NCBI GenBank assembly: GCA_048594805.1
Contig: JBMDXC010000285.1
Span: 1 to 57,241, forward strand
From: Candidatus Entotheonellaceae bacterium
GTDB lineage: Bacteria; Tectomicrobia; Entotheonellia; Entotheonellales; Entotheonellaceae
Direction of reading: 5' to 3'
Length of the DNA: 57,241 nt
The notes beneath the pieces were generated by a model. It did not search any database, was not told the DNA's origin, and saw only the letters and a program-made list of their open reading frames with translations. Each line of letters starts with the position of its first letter. The stretch's first letter is position 1. This document shows positions 28,102 to 37,009 of this stretch, piece after piece. Position numbers and translations under genes: made by a program.

Positions 28102-28240
28102 GGGAGTCATCCAGCCTTGCCATACAGCGACGCGCCGTCGAAGCCCAGCAGCGCGCGCTCGTCCTGGATGTACTCCTGGCCTGGTACCGGGAGTATTGTG
28201 GAGATATCCCTCAGTGATACTGGAGAGGGGAGGAACGTGT

Positions 28241-29401
28241 ATGGACCTCAAAACCGCTGCTCGTACCCGCTTTGAGGCGGTCCGTCCTGCGATTATTGCT
28301 CTGAGTCACCGTATCCATGCCAACCCGGAGCTGGGCTTTGAAGAAGAGCAGGCCTCGACGTGGCTCGCCGAGACGTTAACAGACGCCGGGTTCACGGTTG
28401 ATAAAGGCATCTGCGACTTGCCCACTGCGTTTGTCGCGCGTGCTGGCAGTGGCCCGCTGCACCTGGCCATGTGTGCGGAGTATGATTCTCTGCCAGGCAT
28501 CGGCCACGCCTGTGGTCACAACCTGATTGCCGCCATGGCTGTGGGCGCCGGTATTGCCGCAGCGCAGGTCGCCGATGATCTCGGCGTGACCATCCGCGTC
28601 ATCGGCACTCCGGCGGAGGAACTGGGCGGCGGTGGCAAAATCCTGCTCCTCGAACGCGGCGCCTTTGCTGGGGTACATGCCGCCATGATGGTGCATCCCA
28701 GCCCGGCAGACAGTGTGGCCCCCATGATGCTGGCCAATGCCCACTTTAGTGTGCGCTATACGGGCAAGGAAGCGCACGCCTCCGCCTACCCTGAACTGGG
28801 GATCAATGCCGCGGACGCCCTGACCATTGCGCAGGTCGCCATTGGACTTCTACGGCAGCACATCCACCCCACCGATCGCGTGCACGGCATTGTTACCAAG
28901 GGCGGCGAGGCGCCGAATATTATCCCCGCTGAGACGACGGCACGGTACATCGTACGTGCCAAGACGCTCGACGACCTCGAGGTGATCCGCGCTAAAGTCC
29001 TGCACTGCTTTGAAGCTGGGGCACTTGCCACCGGCACGCGCCTGGAGATCTTTGGCAGCCGTCCGCCCTATGCGCAGGTGCGTCACGATCCGGCTATGGC
29101 TGCCCTCTACCGCCGCAATGCCGAGGCGCTTGGGCGTGTCTTGCCAGATGTGCGTGAGGCACAGCAGCGCAGTGGCGGCTCGACTGACATGGGGAATGTG
29201 TCCCTGGCCCTGCCGTCCATCCATCCGATGATCGGTATCAACTCATTGCCAGCGGTGAATCATCAGCCGGAGTTTACAGCGCACTGCATTACAGAAGCCG
29301 CTGATCGAGCCATCGTCGATGGCGCCCTAGCCATGGCCTGGACGGCCATCGATATCGCCACTGATGCCACGTTGCGCCAGCGCTTGCTCAACCACGCCTG
29401 A
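28241..29401 (+). CDS. M20D-family amidohydrolase (aminoacylase / AbgB-like)
   Basis: HANPELGFEE and GHACGHN motifs. GGAGGAA lies before the ATG at 28241. Confidence 0.8.
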   Translation: MDLKTAARTRFEAVRPAIIALSHRIHANPELGFEEEQASTWLAETLTDAGFTVDKGICDLPTAFVARAGSGPLHLAMCAEYDSLPGIGHACGHNLIAAMAVGAGIAAAQVADDLGVTIRVIGTPAEELGGGGKILLLERGAFAGVHAAMMVHPSPADSVAPMMLANAHFSVRYTGKEAHASAYPELGINAADALTIAQVAIGLLRQHIHPTDRVHGIVTKGGEAPNIIPAETTARYIVRAKTLDDLEVIRAKVLHCFEAGALATGTRLEIFGSRPPYAQVRHDPAMAALYRRNAEALGRVLPDVREAQQRSGGSTDMGNVSLALPSIHPMIGINSLPAVNHQPEFTAHCITEAADRAIVDGALAMAWTAIDIATDATLRQRLLNHA

Positions 29402-29482
29402 GCCCAATGGCACGACAAGCCATACACTCCAGCAGGGACGGCGCGTGACAGGTGCGAGCCTGAGCATAGGGCTGGGGAGAGC

Positions 29483-30127
29483 CTACCCAGCCACTGTGGT
29501 CGTCAAGCGCTCCAGAGCCTGCTCGGCTGCGTGGTATGCCCGCCCAAAGTCATCCGGAGCGCCGCCCAGCGTCATATCGTTAGGCACAGTTGACCGGCGC
29601 ATACCTTGCGCCGGGATAAGGACGAAAGCGGCCTGGACCAGGAAAAAACTCCAGAGCGCCAAGGCCAGGCTGCCACTGTGCCCATACACCATGAGGGCAG
29701 CACCACAGCCGAGTACACACACCCCACCCTGGAGCACTGCGGACACCAGGCTGCGGCTGTAGGCGAAAGACCGCATAACCCATATTAGCGTCACACACAG
29801 CAGCAGAATCATGGGAAATCGCCGGGTGAACACGAGACTTGCCAGCAAAACAGTCAGGGCCAGTAGTCCCAGCGTCACCCGCCCACTCCGCCTCCTACTC
29901 CGCGCCAGGAGGTAGCATATGTAGGCGTATGCCATGATCATTACCATTATCTTCCAGGCCAAGAGGCTGCCAATCACGAGCTGCACGAGCACCACGAGTG
30001 GGCTCACGCTCAGACTCAGTACCAACGCGACAAGGACACCTTCTAGCAAGGTTGGACGGTGCATGGCTTCTCCTCCCATGACAGGATAGTTGTCATCCTC
30101 TGGCCTCTGCCATGGCATGTTGCTCAT
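29483..30127 (-). CDS. Polytopic membrane protein, unknown family (5-6 TM)
   Basis: Hydrophobic segments throughout the 214 aa. Its ATG overlaps the PspA stop codon (ATGA). Confidence 0.6.
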   Translation of the reverse strand: MSNMPWQRPEDDNYPVMGGEAMHRPTLLEGVLVALVLSLSVSPLVVLVQLVIGSLLAWKIMVMIMAYAYICYLLARSRRRSGRVTLGLLALTVLLASLVFTRRFPMILLLCVTLIWVMRSFAYSRSLVSAVLQGGVCVLGCGAALMVYGHSGSLALALWSFFLVQAAFVLIPAQGMRRSTVPNDMTLGGAPDDFGRAYHAAEQALERLTTTVAG

Positions 30128-30684
30128 GGCGTGCCAGGTGCTGCCCCACTCCGACGCCGTTTTTCCTCTAAGAAGGCCACCTCAACCTCCTCGTCCGTAA
30201 CGACACTGCCACCCTGGAGTGGAGCACAGGGTGAAGACGCCCAGGGCTGGTGCGGTCGAGTTGCCTCATACGCCCTGAGCTTCTGCACCACGCTCGCCAG
30301 CTGCGCTTTATGCGCCGCAATCCTTGTGGCCAGTGCGTCGCTTTGCGCCCGCGTCTCGTCCTGGGCCCGCGCTATGGCTTTGGCGCGCCCCACCATTTCG
30401 AGTCGCTTGCGCATCAGATTTCTGGACAATGGCTCATTCTCAGCCGCAAAACAGATGTCGATTTGTGATGCAATCTCCTGCATCGTCGCCGTCGTCTCCT
30501 GCGCTTCCCTCGCGAGTCGCTGCCGGACGGCACGGAGTTCTTCGAGCCGACGCTCTTGTGTGGCAATGTCCTCTTCCATATCGCGTATGGCCTGTTTAAT
30601 CACCTCCTCCGGCTCTTCGAGACTGTCGAGGAGGCCGTGCAGATCGGCTTTGCATAAACGGGTTATGCGTGTGATCAAGGTCAT
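30124..30684 (-). CDS. PspA/IM30 (phage-shock protein A / LiaH-like) family protein
   Basis: N-terminus ITRLCKADLHGLLDSLEEPEEVIKQAIRDMEEDI followed by a long coiled coil. The C-terminal tail has a DEEVEVAFLEEKRR motif. Confidence 0.8.
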   Translation of the reverse strand: MTLITRITRLCKADLHGLLDSLEEPEEVIKQAIRDMEEDIATQERRLEELRAVRQRLAREAQETTATMQEIASQIDICFAAENEPLSRNLMRKRLEMVGRAKAIARAQDETRAQSDALATRIAAHKAQLASVVQKLRAYEATRPHQPWASSPCAPLQGGSVVTDEEVEVAFLEEKRRRSGAAPGTP

Positions 30685-30723
30685 GGTGGACGCTCCTTTG
30701 TGCGCTGCTGATGCCTGCGGCTC

Positions 30724-32202
30724 TCACTGCGCCCGCTGGCTCTGGCGCGACTCGCCGTGGCGTATTTTGGCGGCACGCTTGCGTTTCTCTTGCTGTTGTG
30801 CCGCCGGTCCCGAAAAAGCCTCGTTGAGTTCCTGCTCCATGGTAGACAGCTTGTCGGTTACCGCCTGATTCTCCACCCTGACACCTGTGTCGCTTGCCGC
30901 CTTCTGCAGGGCCTGGCGATAGTCAGTGATGGCTTGCTGTGCCTTCGACTTATCACCAGCCCGTAGCCAGTGGCTGTAGTCCTGCTGCAGCCGTCCGAGA
31001 TTGTTGCCTTCCCAGAGCTGTTGGACCAGACCTCGGTGCACCGACGCCGTCGCTTCGTCACGCCGGGTCGGCTCCAGCACGGCGATACGCAGGTGTTCAG
31101 GCGCTAACGCTATGCTGCTCGTTCCCTGGCTGGTGGTGTAGTGCAGCGTGACGTTGCCTAAGCCGATCTCGCCAACGCGGTCGGTGGGGACGGTCATGGT
31201 CACTACGAAACGCTTTGTGGCACCGCCCAACAGTTGCCCAGTAGAGACGCGCGCCGTACCGGGCTGCGCGGTCAGGTCAATGGGATACCCACCTACATCG
31301 GTGACGGTGACACCGTCGCCGCACGTGATCTCAAGACTGCTGGCACTGGCAAACACCTGGCGCGTGTCAGACATGTCCTGCTCCAGGATCTCTCCGAGTT
31401 TTTCCAGATGTTCCAAGTACGCGTAATGGCCCATACCGTAATCCGCCAGCGTTGCCATGAGTGTTTCATTAAACCCAAGTCCCATGCCGATCGTGGACAG
31501 CACCGCGCTGTATCCTGTAAAGCTCGCGGCGATTTTTGCCAGTTCCCTGGGCTCGACGATACCCATATTAGCCTCACCATCAGACAGTAAAATCACCTTG
31601 CGCTTGCGCTGGCGCGACTGTGTCGGCGCAGGGCCGTCAGGCCCTTCCTCGGCGTTCCCTTGTAGCAAGGCGCGGGCCTTGAGTAAGCCGTCGCCGATGT
31701 TCGTCGAGGCCCCAGGCTGGATGGCACGCACCCGCCGCACGATGCGCTCACGTGCGGCGTCCGTGACAGGCGTAAGCTCGGTGTCAACCACAGCGACGGA
31801 ATCAAACGTGACTAGGGCGAACCGATCGTCTGCTTGTAGTTGCCGCAGCAGACGGCGCACTGCCTCTTGCGCGTAGGACAACCGATTTTCTGCTGCCATC
31901 GAACCGCTGCGGTCGAGTACCACCACGATGTCGCTGGCTTGCACGCGAGAGGGCGAGAGCGTTGCTGCGGGCGTGGCAATGCTCAAATCAAGGTACATGA
32001 CCCCATTCCCACCCTGCACGAGCTTCGTCTGGGATAACGTTCCCGACAAGGTGACGCCGTCAGCACCTGCGCCGCCGCCACCTCCTGTGGCCTGGGGCGC
32101 TAGGGCTATTGCCGCGGTCCCCACTATCAGAGCTACAAAGAGCCCTAGAGACCATCGGGGCGAGCGCAATATGTGAGCGATGCGTGTGATGAGATGTGGC
32201 AT
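30724..32202 (-). CDS. Membrane-anchored von Willebrand factor A (VWA) domain protein
   Basis: N-terminal TM (WSLGLFVALIVGTAAIAL). MIDAS-type VVVLDRSGSM motif. GGAGGAA Shine-Dalgarno site. Basic, helical C-terminal tail. Confidence 0.8.
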   Translation of the reverse strand: MPHLITRIAHILRSPRWSLGLFVALIVGTAAIALAPQATGGGGGAGADGVTLSGTLSQTKLVQGGNGVMYLDLSIATPAATLSPSRVQASDIVVVLDRSGSMAAENRLSYAQEAVRRLLRQLQADDRFALVTFDSVAVVDTELTPVTDAARERIVRRVRAIQPGASTNIGDGLLKARALLQGNAEEGPDGPAPTQSRQRKRKVILLSDGEANMGIVEPRELAKIAASFTGYSAVLSTIGMGLGFNETLMATLADYGMGHYAYLEHLEKLGEILEQDMSDTRQVFASASSLEITCGDGVTVTDVGGYPIDLTAQPGTARVSTGQLLGGATKRFVVTMTVPTDRVGEIGLGNVTLHYTTSQGTSSIALAPEHLRIAVLEPTRRDEATASVHRGLVQQLWEGNNLGRLQQDYSHWLRAGDKSKAQQAITDYRQALQKAASDTGVRVENQAVTDKLSTMEQELNEAFSGPAAQQQEKRKRAAKIRHGESRQSQRAQ

Positions 32203-32301
32203 GGTCGTTCCTCCATGTGAGTTGGTCCTGAGCGTTGACGACTGCGCAGTACATACGACACAGTGTAGCGACGGAGCCCCATGCAGGTGTAGACATGCGT
32301 G

Positions 32302-32339
32302 TGTAAAAAGACTGCGATGTTTTTTACATAACTTTTACA
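32302..32339. promoter_or_regulatory. Heptamer repeat cluster: TGTAAAAA (inverted) plus TTTTACA-N4-TTTTACA (direct, 11-bp register)
   Basis: Read directly: 32302-32309, 32322-32328 and 32333-32339. They lie in the 201-nt gap between the VWA operon and the response-regulator gene. Confidence 0.5.
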
Positions 32340-32403
32340 ATGGGCAAGGAAGTGCTGAGGTACTATTATGTATAAGAGTTGAGGTGCACCCTGGGATAGA
32401 ACT

Positions 32404-33114
32404 ATGCAGCGCAAAGCACGATTGCTCATTATTGAAGACGAGCAAGCTATCCTTACCGGGCTCCTGGACCTCTTCGTGTACCATGGGTACGACGTCGATG
32501 CCGCCCAGGACGGTCAGCTCGGGCTGGAGAAAGCCCTGCAAGGCAACTATGCCCTGATCATCCTGGACATCATGCTCCCCAGGCTCGACGGCTTTGCTAT
32601 TTGTGATGCTATCCGGCACCACAACCGCGAGCAGCCGCTCATCATGCTTACTGCCAAAACGACCGATGAGGACATCATCACGGGGCTCACACTCGGTGCC
32701 GACGATTATGTTGCCAAGCCCTTTAGTGTGCGTGAGCTGGTCTTGCGCGTGGAAGCCGTGCTGCGACGCTCGGCAAAGCGCCGGTATGAGGTCGCCCAAC
32801 TGTACCTCGGCACACACCTGCAGATTGATACCAGGACGCTCGTGGGCACACAGCGGGACCAGACCGAGCCCATCCTCTTTACGCGGCGTGAGGTGGAGAT
32901 CTTGCAGTATCTCACCCAGCATCACGATCATCCGGTGTCACGCGAGGAACTCCTGGTGGAGGTCTGGGGCTATGCCAACGGCTCACGCTTTGAAACCCGC
33001 ACCGTGGATATCCACATGGCGAAACTACGCCGGAAGATCGAACTCAGCCCCAAAGCCCCCGCCTTGCTGATCACGGTCCGTGGCGCCGGGTATCGCCTCC
33101 TGAGAGGCGCCTAG
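32404..33114 (+). CDS. OmpR-family response regulator
   Basis: Receiver domain (LIIEDE...ILDIMLP) plus a winged-helix domain (VDIHMAKLRRKIE...VRGAGYRL). Confidence 0.9.
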   Translation: MQRKARLLIIEDEQAILTGLLDLFVYHGYDVDAAQDGQLGLEKALQGNYALIILDIMLPRLDGFAICDAIRHHNREQPLIMLTAKTTDEDIITGLTLGADDYVAKPFSVRELVLRVEAVLRRSAKRRYEVAQLYLGTHLQIDTRTLVGTQRDQTEPILFTRREVEILQYLTQHHDHPVSREELLVEVWGYANGSRFETRTVDIHMAKLRRKIELSPKAPALLITVRGAGYRLLRGA

Positions 33115-33124
33115 GAACGCCGCG

Positions 33125-35269
33125 ATGCTTCAGCCCCTGCACCGCTGGTGGCGTCACACCCCCGTCAGAGCGCCATTGCGTCCTGGGACACGCGGACAGG
33201 CGACACGGCGCCTGCGCCTGCTCCTCTGTGCCTCACTGCTCTGTATGGCCTTGCCGCTTACGCTGCTCCTGAGTCGTGTCTATCAGTACCTGGCGCATGA
33301 GGTGTTCTATCAGTACCGCAGTGCCGCGGAAGAAGTGATGCAACAGGTCAATCAACGGCTGGCCGACATCCTGCAGGGAGAAGAGCTGCGGCCGTTTGAT
33401 GAGTATAGTTTTCTCAAGGTCACGGCCAATCCGCTGTTCAAAAACTCTGCTATCATCGCCTCACCCCTCTCCGAGCTGCCGCCGCAAAGCGCCGTACCGG
33501 GGGTGATCGGCTACTTTCAGATCAACCCCGATGGAAGCTTGAATTCGCCTGTACTTCCGGATCTCGATGAGGCCGAGTTGTCGGCCAATGCGGAACGCTT
33601 TGGTTTTGGCAGCGATGAGCTTGCCAGGCGCCTGGCCTTACGTAGCCGCATCGAGGAATTACTGCGTGCCGGGGCCCCTGCGACGGAACGCCGCAAACGG
33701 CAGCAACACACGACGCAACCATCCGCAGCACCAGCTCCAATGGGCTCTGCGCCCGTGTCCCGCGACGCTGGTGCAAGCAATTTTGCTTTGCGCCAGGACC
33801 AGCCGGGCACGCCCAGTGCAGAAGCGCCACAGGCACCGGCCCAAAAGGCTATGCCGCAGTCGAAGCTCTCTGGGACCAGATCGGCCTTGTATCGAGAGCG
33901 TCGTAAGGAACAGGTGGCGCTCCCCGAACAGTCTACGGTCGCCCAGGTGCAGGATGCGCTCGACAAGCTCAACGCCCTGCCGCCAGAGACTGGCCGCAGC
34001 GCTGAGCCGCAGCCTGTGCCGTCGGAAGTACAGAGCACCGCTAAAGGTGCGGCGGAAAAGAAGCAACGCACCACCGTGAAAATTCTCAGCTTCGAAGGCG
34101 AGGTCGATCCGTTCCAGTTTACCGTGTTAAGCACCGGGCCGTTGGGGTTTTTCCGCAAAGCCTGGCGCAATAATCTGCGGTATATCCAGGGCTTTGTAGT
34201 TGATAAGGACGAGTTATTGCAGCAGCTCATCTCCCCTATGAATGGCACCTCATTAGGGCAGTTAGCGTCGCTTACTGTGTCCTACCAGGGGCAGGAGATC
34301 TTCTCCCGTTCTCCGGCAGGGGCACACGACTCCTCGTCACTCGCCCTGCGTCCGCTGTACAGCGCTACCCTCGAGGCACCACTTGATAGTGTAGAGCTTG
34401 CTTTCCGTGTTGGACCTGTGCCGCGCAGCGGCGGTGCAGTGGTGGTAGACGCCCTCGCCCTCACGCTAGCGCTGGTGCTCCTGGTCGGGCATTATGGCCT
34501 CTACCGCCTGGGGCTGCAACAAATCGACCTGGCAGTCCAGCGCAGCGATTTTGTCTCGGCAGTCAGCCATGAACTCAAAACGCCCCTGACTGCCATTCGC
34601 ATGTATGGCGAGATGCTACGGGCCGGCTGGGTGCAGGATGAGACACGACGGCAGGCGTATTACGATTTTATTTTTTTTGAGAGCGAGCGGCTGTCACGGC
34701 TCATTGCCAATGTGCTGCAACTGGCTCATCTGACCAACCATGATGCTCCTCTCGAGCTGAAAGAATACTCTCTACACTCCCTCCTTGATGTCGTACGCAG
34801 CAAGGTCTCAACACAAGCCGACGCGGCTGGTTTCACCTTACGGTTTCTCAACGCAGGAGAGGCACAGGACCTTGCGACAGCCTCCGTGCTCGTCGAGCAG
34901 GACGCCTTCGTGCAGATTTTTATTAACCTTATCGACAATGCCCTGAAATTTTCCGCCAACGCCGAGGTCAAGTGCGTGGACATCGGACTCCGCTGGCACG
35001 CCTCACAACCGCAGCAAGCGGTACTGTTCGTGCGTGACTATGGACCCGGGGTCGCGCCTGATCAGATGCAGCGCATCTTCCAGCTCTTTTACCGGGCCGA
35101 GGACCAACTCACGCGTCAGACCAGAGGCACTGGTATCGGCCTCGCGCTCGTCAAAGTGCTGGCCACCAAAATGTACGCCACGGTGCATCTGCACAATCGC
35201 TATCCAGGCGCCGAGTTTCAGCTTACTCTACCGGCTGTGTACGAGGGGGCTAACCGAGGAGGAACATAG
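33125..35269 (+). CDS. Sensor histidine kinase with a large (~400 aa) extracytoplasmic region between two TM helices
   Basis: H-box SHELKTPLTAI, N-box NLIDNALKF and G-box GTGIGLALV. The sensor region has a low-complexity, Pro/Ala/Gln-rich centre. Confidence 0.85.
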   Translation: MLQPLHRWWRHTPVRAPLRPGTRGQATRRLRLLLCASLLCMALPLTLLLSRVYQYLAHEVFYQYRSAAEEVMQQVNQRLADILQGEELRPFDEYSFLKVTANPLFKNSAIIASPLSELPPQSAVPGVIGYFQINPDGSLNSPVLPDLDEAELSANAERFGFGSDELARRLALRSRIEELLRAGAPATERRKRQQHTTQPSAAPAPMGSAPVSRDAGASNFALRQDQPGTPSAEAPQAPAQKAMPQSKLSGTRSALYRERRKEQVALPEQSTVAQVQDALDKLNALPPETGRSAEPQPVPSEVQSTAKGAAEKKQRTTVKILSFEGEVDPFQFTVLSTGPLGFFRKAWRNNLRYIQGFVVDKDELLQQLISPMNGTSLGQLASLTVSYQGQEIFSRSPAGAHDSSSLALRPLYSATLEAPLDSVELAFRVGPVPRSGGAVVVDALALTLALVLLVGHYGLYRLGLQQIDLAVQRSDFVSAVSHELKTPLTAIRMYGEMLRAGWVQDETRRQAYYDFIFFESERLSRLIANVLQLAHLTNHDAPLELKEYSLHSLLDVVRSKVSTQADAAGFTLRFLNAGEAQDLATASVLVEQDAFVQIFINLIDNALKFSANAEVKCVDIGLRWHASQPQQAVLFVRDYGPGVAPDQMQRIFQLFYRAEDQLTRQTRGTGIGLALVKVLATKMYATVHLHNRYPGAEFQLTLPAVYEGANRGGT

Positions 35270-35736
35270 CCTATGTCTTTCCCAAGGCCCTTCAACATCC
35301 TGGGGGTGTAGAGGCTCGGGAATTGTGCCTTGAAGGTACAGAGGGCGAGCGTCATGCACTCATCGCAAGGGGCTTCGGTCAGCTCCAGATTGCCAGCAGG
35401 GGAGGGTACATGGGTAGACGGCAAGGAGGACCAAGCCTGAAGGGATTCCAAAAAAAATTTCCCGTGGATTGAACAGTATGGGGTGGCAGTGGTCGGAATG
35501 CTGACGAACATATTCTCGTGCCTTCTGTATATGACGTCCTGGTAGAAATTCACCGTGATCCGAGCCCGTCAATTTTGTTCCCTTTTCAAAGGATAATATG
35601 AGAACATCATATATACAAGCTTAATTTCTGTTCTGCTCTTATGGGGGTAGTACCGCCTTGTGTTAGGCACGGTGTAATCGTCCAATCCCGTTGTCTACCT
35701 TGAGCATGTTTCTGCCGCGCTCTTGCCCTCTGCACA

Positions 35737-35766
35737 CGTATGCTCGCCACCCGGACCCGTATGCTC
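35737..35766. repeat. Direct repeat CGTATGCTC x2 at 21-bp spacing, plus a third GTATGC at 35774
   Basis: Copies at 35737-35745 and 35758-35766, read directly. They lie about 225 nt upstream of the orphan receiver gene. Confidence 0.6.
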
Positions 35767-35987
35767 TTCGCGGGTATGCGAGGCGATGATCCTTGCGAGG
35801 ACTATCACATGCACATTTTTCAGGATCGCGTGTACAGAAAACGCAGCAGGAGCTGTGACGCACTGTGATGGATCCCTTGGTATGCTTCACGTTCTCCGTG
35901 CTGGTGCATTTGGCATCGTTTTTGCCCTGCCTGTGGCTAGTGATTCGGCAGGGGATAGTACGGTGTGCGGTGCAGGAGAGATGAACT

Positions 35988-36392
35988 ATGATACGTGTTC
36001 TAATTATTGACGACGATGCCCCGACACGCGACGTGCTCCGTCAGCTGCTCAACCGCGAGGGATACGAGACTGTCGAGGCCTGTGATGGCCGTGAGGGCGT
36101 GCAATGCTCCCAGGCAGCTTCCATGGACGTAATTATCCTGGACATGATGCTGCCCGAACAAAACGGGCTGGAAATTATTCGAGAACTGCGGGAGGTGGAT
36201 CCGGCAGTACCGATCATCGCCATCTCCGGGTACGGTCATACCGGACCGTTGGATTTCCTTCGCGCTGCTGAGACGTTCGGTGCCCAACGCACGTTCCAAA
36301 AGCCCTTCCATCTGCGGGAGATGCTCAAAGCAGTGCATGACCTCACGCAGGGCAAGGACGAGGGGGCTCGCACTCCTCGTCTCATAGGCTGA
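35988..36392 (+). CDS. Stand-alone CheY-like receiver domain protein
   Basis: VLIIDDD...ILDMMLPEQNG...IAISGY...KPF. AGGAGAG lies 7 nt upstream. Confidence 0.85.
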   Translation: MIRVLIIDDDAPTRDVLRQLLNREGYETVEACDGREGVQCSQAASMDVIILDMMLPEQNGLEIIRELREVDPAVPIIAISGYGHTGPLDFLRAAETFGAQRTFQKPFHLREMLKAVHDLTQGKDEGARTPRLIG

Positions 36393-36819
36393 AGCGTCCC
36401 TAATTGCTCCGCGTCCTCGGATCGTCAGTCGTCGTATGACGATTGGACATTATTCCTAGAAAATATATATGTTTTACTTTATAAGACACATGCCGGATAC
36501 TTCTCTCTTCATGGGGGCATCCCCTCCGCCTCCACTGTCATGGTGTTGAAGCGGCTGTCGATAGTAACAAGTGAACCTTTGCTACGTTGCAGCATGGCAC
36601 GCGGGCGACGAGTGAGCAGCACGCCCACGCTTCCGCTCTCGACACCACGCCGAGCTTTCCGCATGCCTGCCATACTTATTCTTATTCCTAGCTGAGCATG
36701 TCTTGCCGGCACCCACAATTACTGCGTGCGCGTGATGGGGTTATAAAACACGTGAGGTTGGCTTAGCCTGTGGGAGAGCCAAAACAGGCCTGATGAGATA
36801 GGCGGGAAGATATAGGAAG

Positions 36820-36853
36820 AAAAAAAGGTTCTAGAACAGGAAATGCTAGAACC
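36820..36853 (-). terminator. Rho-independent terminator of tRNA-fMet
   Basis: Minus strand reads GGTTCTAG-(11 nt loop)-CTAGAACC followed by TTTTTTT, 11 nt after the tRNA 3' end. Confidence 0.7.
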
Positions 36854-36864
36854 CTTTCACAGAG

Positions 36865-36938
36865 TAGCGGGGGCCGGATTTGAACCAGCGACCTTTGGGT
36901 TATGAGCCCAACGAGCTGCCTGACTGCTCCACCCCGCA
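36865..36938 (-). tRNA. Initiator tRNA-Met (anticodon CAT), no encoded CCA
   Basis: The reverse complement aligns almost base for base with E. coli tRNA-fMet. It has GGG:CCC in the anticodon stem, a CUCAUAA loop, a GGTTCAAATCC T-arm and a 1:72 mismatch (U-U here). Confidence 0.9.
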
Positions 36939-36949
36939 ATTGTAAGGAG

Positions 36950-36978
36950 AGCATACCGTTTCACCAGCGCTTTGTCAA
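36950..36978 (-). promoter_or_regulatory. Sigma-70 promoter TTGACA-17-TATGCT for tRNA-fMet
   Basis: Read on the minus strand: -35 at 36973-36978 and -10 at 36950-36955. This puts the start site a few nt before the mature 5' end. Confidence 0.65.
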
Positions 36979-37009
36979 GCACCGAGGGAGTCGGAAACGT
37001 GCGAAGACC

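Noticed and set aside
35218-35890. Small ORFs (111, 70 and 75 aa on the minus strand, 95 aa on the plus strand) in the gap upstream of the orphan receiver gene.
   Set aside because: They overlap one another or the end of the kinase gene, lack Shine-Dalgarno sites, and are Cys/His/Pro/Arg-rich without family resemblance.
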